Source of the DNA: a virus | Virus record (IMG/VR): IMGVR_UViG_3300037419_000445 | Reading direction: 5' to 3' (one strand) | Length of the DNA: 62,274 nt | Shown here: one piece after another, positions 25,931 to 34,957 of the stretch | Layout of the letters: every line of letters begins with the position of its first letter | Position numbering within the stretch: the first letter of the stretch is position 1 | Notes under the pieces: generated by a model | Database searches by the model: none | Seen by the model: only the letters and a program-made list of their open reading frames with translations | What the model was told of the DNA's origin: nothing | Made by a program: the position numbers and the translations under genes

Positions 25931-26302
25931 GTGGCTAGGCCACGAATTCCAAAAGCCAAGGCAAGGCTAGAAGCGCGCGATAAAGTAAACGCTGGTCGTT
26001 TCAAGAACCGCAAAGAGCCGACGTCGCCTGACGAGATTGGCGACCCGCCCGAGTGGATGGGAGGCGAACAGCGGTTAGCTTGGCGCACTTTCCAAAAAGA
26101 AATTCCATGGCTCAACGGTTCGCACCGCGGCCTTGTTGAAATTGCAACGATCATTAGAGCTCGGCTCACGGCCGGCGAAGAAGTCGGAATCCAGGCACTA
26201 AATCTTCTTCGACAATGCCTTGGCTCGATGGGCGCTACGCCGTCCGACGCAAGCAAGGTGAGCCTCCCAGAGGATGACGAAGAAGACGACATCCTCGACT
26301 GA
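25931..26302 (+). CDS. terS: terminase small subunit (P27 family)
   Basis: PPEWMGGEQRLAWRTFQKEIPWLNGSHRGLVEIATIIRARL with an acidic C-terminus. GTG start. Confidence 0.75.
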   Translation: MARPRIPKAKARLEARDKVNAGRFKNRKEPTSPDEIGDPPEWMGGEQRLAWRTFQKEIPWLNGSHRGLVEIATIIRARLTAGEEVGIQALNLLRQCLGSMGATPSDASKVSLPEDDEEDDILD

Positions 26303-28157
26303 TGCGCTAGACCGTGTTTCGGCATACGCGCAAGGTGTAATTGATGGACGTATCGTTGCTGGCCCACACGTCCGAAATGCTTGCCGTCGTCATTTCGACG
26401 ATTTGGCCAGCGCTTCCGAGCGCGGACTGCATTGGGACGATGCTGCAGCCGTTCGCGTCTTCAGGTTCTTCGAAGAGAAGCTAAAACTATCCGAAGGCCA
26501 GTTTGAGAATGCCCCGTTTGTCCTGCAGCCGATGCAGGAGTTTATTCTCGGCTCGTTGTTTGGATGGAAGCGGGCTGACGGGACTAGACGCTTCCGCCGG
26601 GCCTACATAGAGGCTGGCAAGGGTTGCGGTAAGTCGCCTCTGGTTGGCGGCATCGGTCTTTACGGCCTGACTGCTGATAACGAGGCTGGCGCACAGATCT
26701 ACAGCGCCGCGGCGACGAAAGATCAGGCGGGAATTCTATTCCGCGACGCCTGCAAGATGGTCAGGCAGTCGCCTGAACTTGATAAGCGGCTGAATTTTAG
26801 CGGCGGGTTTGCGCGAGAATTCAACATCGCGCACCACAAGTCGCAGTCGTTCTTTCGTCCGATGTCCCGTGAGGCCGGCAAGACTGGCTCTGGTTTGCGG
26901 CCTCACTTCGCGCTCTGCGACGAGGTGCATGAGCATCCCGGTCCTGAGATTATGCGTATGCTGGAAGCGGGCTTTAAGTTCCGCAGGCAGCCGCTTCTAG
27001 TCATGATTACCAACTCTGGCAGCGATCGGCTGTCGGTATGTTGGAAAGAGCATGAGATGGCCTGCGCAGTTGCCGCGGGCACCCAGACGCCGGACGAGGT
27101 TTACGAGTACGTCGGCGAAACGTGGGAAGGCTCAGACGAATATTTCGCGTATGTTTGCGCGCTCGACAAGGACGACGACCCGCTAGAGGATCCGTCCTGC
27201 TGGGTTAAAACCAACCCACTGTTGGGTATTACAGTCACGAAGGAATACATTGCGTCGCAGGTTGCGTTCGCGAGGAACTTCCCGAGCGATGCACCTGGCG
27301 TTTTGAGGTTGTACTTTTGCGTTTGGACTGACGCTCACACGGCGTGGATGCCTCGTAAGACTGTCGAATCCGTGATGAAGGACTTCGACCTGGAATCGCA
27401 TAAAGGCAAGCCGGTTTTCCTTGGGATCGATCTTTCGTCGCACAAGGACATGACTTGCGTGGCGTATGTTGCACCAACTGGCCACAAAGAGGTTATCCGG
27501 CCAGACGGTAGCGTGTTTCTGGCGCCTACGTTTGATGCTTGGGTGGATTCGTTCACGCCATCCGATACGTTGAAGCAGCGAGCGGATGAGGATAAGGCGC
27601 CTTATCTGCAATGGGTTGATGGAAAATATCTAAAGCCAATCCCCGGCGAGCGCATCCGATACGATTACGTTGCGTATGACGTCGCTCAGGCCAGCCGACA
27701 GTTCGATATCAAGGCCGTTGCTTACGACAATTATGCGTTCGCTGAGTTTCGCGAAGAGTGCGGCAAGCTTGGATTAGAACTTACCTACCGCGACCATCCG
27801 CAAGGCGGTTATCGCCGTAAGAAGCCCAACGAAGAACTTGTTGAGCAGGCGAAAGCCGAAGGGTTGCCAGAGCCAGGTGGTTTGTGGATGCCAGGCTCGA
27901 TCAGGGAATTAGAATCCCTGATTATTGATGGCCGCATTCGTCTCCGCAGCAATCCAGTCTTGATGACCGCTCTTATGGCCGCGGCTTTCAGCGTGCCTGA
28001 TGCGGTTGGTAACAAATACCTCGTCAAGGACAAGTCGCACCGTCGAATAGACGCCGCTATCGCACTTTGTATGGCTGTGGGCGCCGCGGTTGATGGTGCT
28101 ACAGAATCCGGCACCATGGAAGATTTCGTCAACAATATCGTTTCCGTAACTTGGTAG
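26274..28157 (+). CDS. terL: terminase large subunit
   Basis: The ATPase has RRAYIEAGKGCGKS and FALCDEVHEH. A nuclease half follows. 627 aa, positioned after terS. Confidence 0.9.
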   Translation: MTKKTTSSTDALDRVSAYAQGVIDGRIVAGPHVRNACRRHFDDLASASERGLHWDDAAAVRVFRFFEEKLKLSEGQFENAPFVLQPMQEFILGSLFGWKRADGTRRFRRAYIEAGKGCGKSPLVGGIGLYGLTADNEAGAQIYSAAATKDQAGILFRDACKMVRQSPELDKRLNFSGGFAREFNIAHHKSQSFFRPMSREAGKTGSGLRPHFALCDEVHEHPGPEIMRMLEAGFKFRRQPLLVMITNSGSDRLSVCWKEHEMACAVAAGTQTPDEVYEYVGETWEGSDEYFAYVCALDKDDDPLEDPSCWVKTNPLLGITVTKEYIASQVAFARNFPSDAPGVLRLYFCVWTDAHTAWMPRKTVESVMKDFDLESHKGKPVFLGIDLSSHKDMTCVAYVAPTGHKEVIRPDGSVFLAPTFDAWVDSFTPSDTLKQRADEDKAPYLQWVDGKYLKPIPGERIRYDYVAYDVAQASRQFDIKAVAYDNYAFAEFREECGKLGLELTYRDHPQGGYRRKKPNEELVEQAKAEGLPEPGGLWMPGSIRELESLIIDGRIRLRSNPVLMTALMAAAFSVPDAVGNKYLVKDKSHRRIDAAIALCMAVGAAVDGATESGTMEDFVNNIVSVTW

Positions 28158-28167
28158 CTCGATAAAT

Positions 28168-29463
28168 ATGGGTCTTTTCGATGGATGGTTCAGCAAAACT
28201 ATCGACCTAAATGCGTCTAGCGAGCCGTTTTGGCGCGGATTTTTTGGTTCCGGTAGTACATCCGGTGAAGTCGTCACATTCGACAAGGCCCTGCAACTCG
28301 ATGCTGTATGGGCGTGCATAAACCTAGTTAGTAATGCTGTCGGGACGTTGCCTTGTGTTGTGTATGGCGATGACGGAGTTACACCGGCAAAAGACGACGA
28401 CCTGTATGGTCTTTTGCACGATTTACCAAACTATGACGACACTGCGCCAGAGTTCTGGACGATGGTCGCCTTCTGTCTGTGCCTAGACGGAAACTTCTTT
28501 GCGGAAATTAAGCGTTCTGGCGGGCGAATTATTGCGTTAAATCCGCTGCATCCACTCGCCGTTCAGGTTCGTAGGGATCCGCAAAAAGGCTTTGCGCGCT
28601 ATTACGACTATACAGAGCGCTATTACGAGCAGGCGTCTGTTGCCAAGCGACGCATTGAAGAGAAGGACATGTTCCACGTCCGCGGCCAGCTAATGCCGCA
28701 GTGTGACAGGGGACTTTCTCCGATTGCATTCGAAAGAAACTCGCTAGGTAATGCGATTTCTGGTGAGAAAACCGCCGGCAAGATGTTCAAGAACGGCTTG
28801 ATGTCGTCCTTGATTGTCAGTTCAGACCAAATTCTTCAGGCTCCGCAGCGCAAACAGATTGCTGATACGCTTACGCAGTTCGCGGGCGCTGACAAAGCTG
28901 GCGGCGTTACGGTTCTTGAGGCCGGGTTTAAGCCTTATCCGATGTCGATTAAGCCATCGGACGCGCAGATGTTGGAGTCGCGTCAGTACAGCGTCGAGCA
29001 GATTTGCCGCATTTTCGGTGTGCCTCCGGTGATGATTGGCCACGCGGCGAACGGAACGACGACGTGGGGCAGCGGAATTGAGCAGTTAATTCTGCAATTC
29101 AGCAAAACATGCCTTCTCCCAATGCTGACTCGCATTGAGGCGGCGATTTATCGGGATTTGTTGACACCGGCAACGCGCAAGACGCGGACGGTAAAGTTCA
29201 ACCTTGATAAATTCCTTGAAGGCGACAGCGTTGCGCGGGCCACGTTCCTCACGAAAATGTCTGACAGCGGCATTTACACGAAGAACGAAGCACGAGCTTA
29301 CGAGAATAAGCCCCCTATGGACGGCGGCGATAATCTCATCGTCAACGGGGCGATGACGAGGCTGGATAAGTTGGGCGAAGTGCCAGTTGCACCGCTTCCG
29401 CAGCCACCAGCAGCAAATACCAACGAGAAGCCGGTGCCTGCAGCGCCGAAGAAAGCCGCGTAG
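28168..29463 (+). CDS. portal protein (HK97 family)
   Basis: ALQLDAVWACINLVSNAVGTLP...QICRIFGVPPVMIG. The C-tail has the variant AANTNEKP. Confidence 0.9.
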   Translation: MGLFDGWFSKTIDLNASSEPFWRGFFGSGSTSGEVVTFDKALQLDAVWACINLVSNAVGTLPCVVYGDDGVTPAKDDDLYGLLHDLPNYDDTAPEFWTMVAFCLCLDGNFFAEIKRSGGRIIALNPLHPLAVQVRRDPQKGFARYYDYTERYYEQASVAKRRIEEKDMFHVRGQLMPQCDRGLSPIAFERNSLGNAISGEKTAGKMFKNGLMSSLIVSSDQILQAPQRKQIADTLTQFAGADKAGGVTVLEAGFKPYPMSIKPSDAQMLESRQYSVEQICRIFGVPPVMIGHAANGTTTWGSGIEQLILQFSKTCLLPMLTRIEAAIYRDLLTPATRKTRTVKFNLDKFLEGDSVARATFLTKMSDSGIYTKNEARAYENKPPMDGGDNLIVNGAMTRLDKLGEVPVAPLPQPPAANTNEKPVPAAPKKAA

Positions 29464-29505
29464 CACGCGGCGTTACGTGGTGGACGCACCACACAAGGAA
29501 CATTC

Positions 29506-30624
29506 ATGAATTATCGGCACGTTCTGTCGGCTTTTGCGGCCGAACCTTGGGCAATGCAGCCGGAAAAGCTAGATTCGCTTTGCCGTTTCATTGAGTTCAA
29601 GGCCAACGGCGGCGAATACTCGGCGGAAGAAATTGCCGCAAGAGTGGGGCAGAAGCGCGATCTGCAAGCGAGTGATGCTCCAGCCGGTTCATCCGTTGCC
29701 GTGATTCCGGTGTACGGCGTACTTTCTCAGCGCATGAACATGATGTCGGAGATTTCCGGCGGCATGTCGTACCAGCTTTTGGGCCAGCAGATTGCCGCGG
29801 CGCTTGCCAGCGATGACGTCGCACACGTTGTGCTTGACATTGATAGCCCCGGCGGAGCCGTTCCCGGCGCTCAGGAGCTTGTGTCCGAGATTTTGGCACT
29901 GCGCGGTGGCGACAAGAAGATTATCGCACAGGTGAACGCGCTTGCGGCGTCTGCGGCCTATTGGATTGCATCAGCGGCCGACGAAATCGTTGTAACGCCA
30001 TCTGGCCGTGCAGGTTCTATCGGCGTTTATACGGTGCACGAGGATTTGTCCGAGATGCTGAAGAAGGAGGGCGTTAAGCTCACCTATATCAGTGCCGGCA
30101 AGTACAAAGTTGAAGGCAACGAGACGGAGCCACTGTCTGACGCCGCGAAAAAGCAAATTCAGTCGGGTGTTGATCGTTCCTACAAGGCATTTGTCGACGG
30201 TGTAGCGGCTGGTAGGGGCGTTACCGCGGCATTCGTTGAAGACAATTTCGGGCAGGGCAGGGTATTCGGCGCCGAAGAGCTAGTTAAGCGTGGCATGGCC
30301 GACAGTGTTGGTACTTTGAACGACACGCTGGCTCGTCTTGGCGCAGACACGACGCCTGAATCAGTGAAGAAAATCAAGATTGCGAATGCTTCGCGCGCAG
30401 AAGCGGCCACTTTGATGGTTGCGAAGATGCGAGCGGGCGAACCAATCACCAAGAGAGAATTTGAGAACGGCCTCAAGGGTCTTGTTGGCTGTTCGAATGC
30501 AGAGGCGGAGCGCGCCGCACGGCTCTACCTCAAAGATGGTCAGGGGGAACCTGACGACGGCGGTAAGGCGGCTTTGGCCGCCATTGAGCGTGTTTTGGCT
30601 GAAGCCAAGGCATTCAGCGCCTAA
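29506..30624 (+). CDS. S49-family (SppA/ClpP-like) prohead protease
   Basis: VVLDIDSPGGAVPGAQEL...NALAASAAYWIASAADEIVVTPSGRAGSIGV. Confidence 0.85.
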   Translation: MNYRHVLSAFAAEPWAMQPEKLDSLCRFIEFKANGGEYSAEEIAARVGQKRDLQASDAPAGSSVAVIPVYGVLSQRMNMMSEISGGMSYQLLGQQIAAALASDDVAHVVLDIDSPGGAVPGAQELVSEILALRGGDKKIIAQVNALAASAAYWIASAADEIVVTPSGRAGSIGVYTVHEDLSEMLKKEGVKLTYISAGKYKVEGNETEPLSDAAKKQIQSGVDRSYKAFVDGVAAGRGVTAAFVEDNFGQGRVFGAEELVKRGMADSVGTLNDTLARLGADTTPESVKKIKIANASRAEAATLMVAKMRAGEPITKREFENGLKGLVGCSNAEAERAARLYLKDGQGEPDDGGKAALAAIERVLAEAKAFSA

Positions 30625-30660
30625 CGGCGCATTCCCCCAGACTATCTAGGATATTTCATA

Positions 30661-31881
30661 ATGACTGACGTTCTTGCCGAGAAAATCGGCGAACTTGGTA
30701 ATTCGCTGGCCTCCATCAAAGAGCAGGTTGGCAACCTTGGTTCTGACTTCACCGCCAAGCTCGAAAAGGCCGGTGAGGTTTCTGCTGAACTGAAGGAAAA
30801 GACCGACAAGGCGCTTTCTGAACTTGGTGAGGCTGTTACTCGCCTCGGCGAGCTTGAGAAGCGCGCCGCGCGTGAGAAGGACACCCCGCAGGCTGGTAAG
30901 GTTATGGACCTCGGCGACCATCTGGTTGCTTCCGAGCAGTTCAAGGCGACCGATATGACGGGCGGCTGGCGTGGCGCGATCCGTGTTGGCGTTGAGCGTG
31001 CTGACATCACTTCGGCTGACACCTCTGTTGGCGCAGGCCGTTCGGCGGGCACGTCGTTGGTTCCCGGCGCTCGCGTCCCCGGCATCGTCACACCTCCGCA
31101 GCGCAAGTTGACCATTCGTGACTTGATCGCACCAGGCCAGACGGCGTCCAGCAACGTCGAATTCGTCAAGGAAACGGGCTTCACCAACAACGCCCGTCCC
31201 GTGACGGAAGGCCAGACCAAGCCGAAGTCTGACATCACGTTCAACATGGCGTCTGCACCTGTTCGCACGATCGCCCATATCTTCAAGGCATCGCGCCAGA
31301 TCCTTGACGATGCTCCTGGTCTTGCGAGCTACATCAATGCTCGTGGTACCTACGGTCTGAAGTTCGTTGAAGAAACTCAGCTTCTGACTGGCAACGGCGC
31401 TGGCCAGAACCTGAATGGTATCGTGCCGCAGGCGACTGCTTACGCGCCGTCCTTCAACGCTGCCGATGAGCAGGCAATCGATCGCCTGCGTCTTGCACTG
31501 TTGCAGGTTATTTTGGCGAACTATCCGGCGTCGGGTTTCGTTCTCAATCCGGTTGATTGGGCGCGCATTGAACTGACCAAGGATACGCAGGGACGCTACA
31601 TTGTTGGTAACGCTGCGTCGCCGATTGGACCGTCGTTGTGGAACCTTCCGGTTGTTGAGTCGCAGGCAATGACGTCTGGTGAGTTCATGACCGGTGCGTT
31701 CAATCTTGGTGCCCAGGTGTTCGACCGTATGGGTGTTGAGGTTCTTCTGTCGACCGAGAACTCGGACGATTTCGAGAAGAACATGTGCACCATTCGCGTC
31801 GAAGAGCGCATTGCCCTCGCGGTGTATCGCCCTGAGAGCTTCGTCGCCGGCGATATTGCCACCATGACGACCGCTGCCTAA
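30661..31881 (+). CDS. major capsid protein (HK97 fold) with an N-terminal coiled-coil delta domain
   Basis: TIRDLIAPGQTASSNVEFVKETGFTNNARPVTEGQTKPKSD...VEERIALAVYRPESFV. Confidence 0.9.
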   Translation: MTDVLAEKIGELGNSLASIKEQVGNLGSDFTAKLEKAGEVSAELKEKTDKALSELGEAVTRLGELEKRAAREKDTPQAGKVMDLGDHLVASEQFKATDMTGGWRGAIRVGVERADITSADTSVGAGRSAGTSLVPGARVPGIVTPPQRKLTIRDLIAPGQTASSNVEFVKETGFTNNARPVTEGQTKPKSDITFNMASAPVRTIAHIFKASRQILDDAPGLASYINARGTYGLKFVEETQLLTGNGAGQNLNGIVPQATAYAPSFNAADEQAIDRLRLALLQVILANYPASGFVLNPVDWARIELTKDTQGRYIVGNAASPIGPSLWNLPVVESQAMTSGEFMTGAFNLGAQVFDRMGVEVLLSTENSDDFEKNMCTIRVEERIALAVYRPESFVAGDIATMTTAA

Positions 31882-31888
31882 GTAAAAA

Positions 31889-31916
31889 TGTGGTGGGTGC
31901 TTAGGTGCCCACCACA
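31889..31916 (+). other. Stem-loop directly after the capsid gene
   Basis: TGTGGTGGGTGC-ttag-GTGCCCACCACA forms a 12-bp stem with two G-U pairs. No U-tract follows, so it is a possible attenuator or RNA-stability element. Confidence 0.35.
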
Positions 31917-31937
31917 CCACTTCCTGTTCGGGGCAAA

Positions 31938-32354
31938 ATGAAAATACGCGCATTAAAAACTACGACTGGATTACCGAGAGGTAGTGTCGGAGATGTAGAT
32001 GAAGGCGTTGGGAAAGAACTTATTGCCCTAGGTTACGCAATCGAAGTTTTGCCTCTTGAGAAGCAGGAGGCGGCCTCTTTAGTTGCCGATAATGACAACG
32101 ACCCTTTCGTAGCCGCGCACCAGAATGGTTCCCAGACTGGCGCGGATGCACAGCAGTCATCGTTGCCGGCGGACCAAGTGCAAAAGACGTTGACCTGTCC
32201 GCCGTCCGAGGACGAAGAGACGCAAACGGACGACCAGTTAAAGTCCTCGTCATCAACGATGGATTCAGGCTCGCCCCGTGGGCAGACGCACTCTATGCCT
32301 GCGACCACGACTGGTGGAAAGCGCGGCAGGGGGCGACCTCGTTCGAAGGGCTAA
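31938..32354 (+). CDS. small head-module protein (zero-frame product). Only about the first 57 aa look genuinely coding.
   Basis: MKIRALKTTTGLPRGSVGDVDEGVGKELIALGYAIEVLP resembles the common small ORF after capsid genes. After ADNDNDPF (32085-32108) the frame becomes low-complexity. Confidence 0.45.
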   Translation: MKIRALKTTTGLPRGSVGDVDEGVGKELIALGYAIEVLPLEKQEAASLVADNDNDPFVAAHQNGSQTGADAQQSSLPADQVQKTLTCPPSEDEETQTDDQLKSSSSTMDSGSPRGQTHSMPATTTGGKRGRGRPRSKG

Positions 32355-32782
32355 AGATTTCGCAAGATGGCTATGCGCCAGATCCAAAGTGGGGACTGCG
32401 GTTAGTAACCTTGGTCCGCAATGACGACACACTTCTGTTTAATCGCTTTGGCGAAATAGGGTGGGGCGGTAATGGCGGATTTCACGCTCTAAACATCGCC
32501 ATCCAGTTCGGCGCACGCCGCATTATCCTAGTCGGGTATGACATGCGTGTTGATCTTGGCACTCACTGGCACGGCGATCACGAAAACGGACTAAACAATC
32601 CTGTAGACGCAAACGTTTCTCGGTGGCGCCGAGTTTTGGATGCCCAGTCCGGATTGCTTGAGCGGTTAGGTGTTGAGGTGTTGAACGCCTCCCCAGTTAG
32701 CTCACTTCAAAAATACCCGAAGGTTGATTTTGCTGCGGCTGTGGGCCAAGCGACAGGAAACACGCTAAATGCCGCTGCTTGA
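32096..32782 (+). CDS. MptE/DUF115-like (Maf-type) Rossmann enzyme. The ORF has no in-frame ATG/GTG/TTG before 32411.
   Basis: Hand-translated frame: ...CTAVIVAGGPSAKDVDL...VLVINDGFRLAPWADALYACDHDWW...GWGGNGGFHALNIAIQFGARRIILVGYDM. The coding character clearly extends 105 codons upstream of the track start. Confidence 0.6.
   Translation, partial: QRPFRSRAPEWFPDWRGCTAVIVAGGPSAKDVDLSAVRGRRDANGRPVKVLVINDGFRLAPWADALYACDHDWWKARQGATSFEGLKISQDGYAPDPKWGLRLVTLVRNDDTLLFNRFGEIGWGGNGGFHALNIAIQFGARRIILVGYDMRVDLGTHWHGDHENGLNNPVDANVSRWRRVLDAQSGLLERLGVEVLNASPVSSLQKYPKVDFAAAVGQATGNTLNAAA
32102..32108 (+). promoter_or_regulatory. Candidate -1 programmed frameshift heptamer C_CCT_TTC with a downstream hairpin (32113-32145)
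   Basis: The X_XXY_YYZ pattern is in the zero frame of 31938-32354. The -1 frame opens at 32096, after a TGA at 32093-32095. The stem CCGCGC(ac)CAG/CTGGCGCGG starts 4 nt downstream. Confidence 0.45.
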
Positions 32783-33146
32783 TATCGACCTTGTTAAGTC
32801 GCACTTGCGCGTTGACGATACTGACTCCGACACGCTGATTGCGGCATATCAAGGAGCCGCAGAAGAGGCGATCGAGCAGTATCTTGACCGCGATATTTAC
32901 CTGGCCGGAACAAGTCCGACAACGGCAGACGGAATTGCATTAAATCCAGCGATTACTGCGGCGATCCTGTTGCTCATTGGCGATATGTATGCCGACCGTG
33001 AAACGGAAGATTCTGATTTCCAGCGGCGCGCGCCTCCTGGCCAAAACGCAGTATTTCCAAGACAGGTTCGCGCCTTGCTCGCGCCATACCGCGTTTGGCG
33101 AATTGTGAGCGAGAGCGCAAGCTATTATGGATACGACTGCATCTAA
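32769..33146 (+). CDS. head-tail connector (gp6-like / QLRG-type) protein
   Basis: LDIDLVKSHLRVDDTDSDTLIAAYQGAAEEAIEQYLDRDI. Confidence 0.65.
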   Translation: MPLLDIDLVKSHLRVDDTDSDTLIAAYQGAAEEAIEQYLDRDIYLAGTSPTTADGIALNPAITAAILLLIGDMYADRETEDSDFQRRAPPGQNAVFPRQVRALLAPYRVWRIVSESASYYGYDCI

Positions 33147-34089
33147 AAGGCCCCTGCTTCTGCAAGGAATGCACGGCCTAGGCGATAACCTCCATCAGCG
33201 CGCCGTTATACGCCAGTTGATGCAGCGCTACGATGTTACACTAGAGTCCTCGTGGGTTGCCCCGTATTACGACCTTATTGCGCAAGGCTTGCGCGTTATC
33301 AATAAGCCTACGGCACTTCGGACTCAGTCGAAGAACGCAAAGAGAGAGCGCGGAAAGTTTTCAACAGGTGTGCCGGCAGGCGCCAGAGTTCGCAAAGTCT
33401 GGTACGCGCCTCAAGAGGTTCGGCAGTGCCGCGGTGTTTTGGCCGCTATGTGCCTCAACTGCGATGTAAGTTACGACAGGGCCGACTTCCGAATTCAAGT
33501 GCCGGCAGAATGGGTAAATGCAGCGCGCGCCGCCGTTGGATATCCAGACAAGCCAATTCTGGTTTACCGCCCGCTGGTAGAGCGTACCGAATGGAATGGG
33601 TGCGCAGCACGTAACCCCGACCATGACGCTTACTATGCGTTGTTTAGGTCTGTGAGAGACAAATTCCACGTCGTTTCCATCGCGGACTTGGTGCCTGGTG
33701 TTGAGTGGACAGTAGGCCATGATGTTGAGGACGACCAAAGGTTCCACTTTGGCGAACTGCCTTTTGAGACTTTGGCTGGTCTGTTTTCTATTTCTGCATT
33801 GGCGCTTGCGGCGCCTGGGTTCGCGGTAATTCTGGCGCAGGCTGTAGAGACACCAGTTTGCGGTGTGTTTGGCTCCTACGAGGCAAGTTACAGCTTTAGC
33901 GGCGGCGCTCGCTGGTCCCCATACTTGGGGATTGACCCAAATACGCCATGCGACGACTTCAAGCACGATAATACCAAGGACAAGTCTATTGATATCGATG
34001 CAGCCAGCGCGAGACTTGCCGTATTCGCCGACGAAGCGATCAAGCGTTACAATCAACGCACCGAAGATAGACTTGGAAGGGCTGCATAA
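33127..34089 (+). CDS. GT9-like glycosyltransferase (heptosyltransferase family)
   Basis: The N-terminus is LLLQGMHGLGDNLHQRAVIRQL. The C-terminus AAPGFAVILAQAVETPVCGVFG parallels the GT9 DSGPMHLAAALGTPVVALFG. Confidence 0.55.
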   Translation: MDTTASKRPLLLQGMHGLGDNLHQRAVIRQLMQRYDVTLESSWVAPYYDLIAQGLRVINKPTALRTQSKNAKRERGKFSTGVPAGARVRKVWYAPQEVRQCRGVLAAMCLNCDVSYDRADFRIQVPAEWVNAARAAVGYPDKPILVYRPLVERTEWNGCAARNPDHDAYYALFRSVRDKFHVVSIADLVPGVEWTVGHDVEDDQRFHFGELPFETLAGLFSISALALAAPGFAVILAQAVETPVCGVFGSYEASYSFSGGARWSPYLGIDPNTPCDDFKHDNTKDKSIDIDAASARLAVFADEAIKRYNQRTEDRLGRAA

Positions 34090-34603
34090 GCGCTATGTCC
34101 ACCCCGGCGAGTTGGACGTTCTGGCTTACTTGCTAAAAGGCGCGCGTACCGTAGTTGAATTTGGATGTAACAACGGTCGCACTGCAGCCGCCATGCTGCG
34201 AAATGTATTAACGATCAATCGATACGTCGGCGTTGATGTGCCAGTTGGATACAAGTTCGCATGCAACGTGCAGCGTAACGAGACTCCACAGATTGCTGGT
34301 GAACTTGCGCTGTCGGACAGGCGATTTGAACTTGTTCTGCGAGAACGCGGTTCGTTCGACTTAACCGCAGAAGACCTACCAGCCTGCGATGCGGTTTTTA
34401 TCGATGGCGATCACAGCGAGCCGGGCGTTCTGAATGATTATGCATTGGCTAAAGCTATCGTTCGCCGTGGTGGCGTTATTGTTTTTCATGACGATAACGG
34501 TCTTAGCACTGTTGATGTTAGCCGCGTGCTTGATGATTTATGCGACGGCGGAGCGGACATTACGCACGTTGCTGGCACATGGCTTGCGTTTGAGAGGGTG
34601 TGA
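34073..34603 (+). CDS. class I SAM-dependent methyltransferase (Methyltransf_24-like)
   Basis: VVEFGCNNGRTAAAML and AVFIDGDHSEPGVLNDYALAKAIVRRGGVIVFHD. The start is uncertain (TTG at 34073 or 34112). The track ORF 33863-34603 overlaps the previous gene. Confidence 0.6.
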   Translation: MEGLHKRYVHPGELDVLAYLLKGARTVVEFGCNNGRTAAAMLRNVLTINRYVGVDVPVGYKFACNVQRNETPQIAGELALSDRRFELVLRERGSFDLTAEDLPACDAVFIDGDHSEPGVLNDYALAKAIVRRGGVIVFHDDNGLSTVDVSRVLDDLCDGGADITHVAGTWLAFERV

Positions 34604-34606
34604 GTA

Positions 34607-34957
34607 GTGCGCGCGGGTTCGTTAAACAAACGCGCTACGTTCCAGTCATTGGTAACAACGCCTGACGGTGCCGGCGGCTCGACCACTGGCTGGACAGACT
34701 ACGCCACGGTTTGGGCACAACTCTCGCCCGAGCGCGCGCGTGAGAAGATCCAGCAAGGCAGGATTGCCGACAAACAGGCAGGCGTGCTGCGCGTCCGGTC
34801 CAGCACTGCAACTAGATTGATCGATGGTACCTATCGCGTGCTGGTGGATGGCGTCCGTTATAACGTGCGCGCGCACATCAACCCGGATCAGCGCAACGAT
34901 ATGTTGGAGTTCGCGGTGGATACTGATGGCGAAGACCCATCAACAGACACACCGTAA
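34607..34957 (+). CDS. head-tail adaptor / head closure protein
   Basis: LNKRATFQSLVTTPDGAGGSTTGWTDYATVWAQLSP...YRVLVDGVRYNV. Confidence 0.7.
   Translation: MRAGSLNKRATFQSLVTTPDGAGGSTTGWTDYATVWAQLSPERAREKIQQGRIADKQAGVLRVRSSTATRLIDGTYRVLVDGVRYNVRAHINPDQRNDMLEFAVDTDGEDPSTDTP

Noticed and set aside
32109-32354. Zero-frame continuation of the small head ORF (VAAHQNGSQTGADAQQSS...GKRGRGRPRSKG) as a real 80-aa tail.
   Set aside because: It is low-complexity sequence fully overlapped by a frame with clear enzyme-like motifs. It is kept only as the nominal end of the zero-frame product pending frameshift or indel verification.
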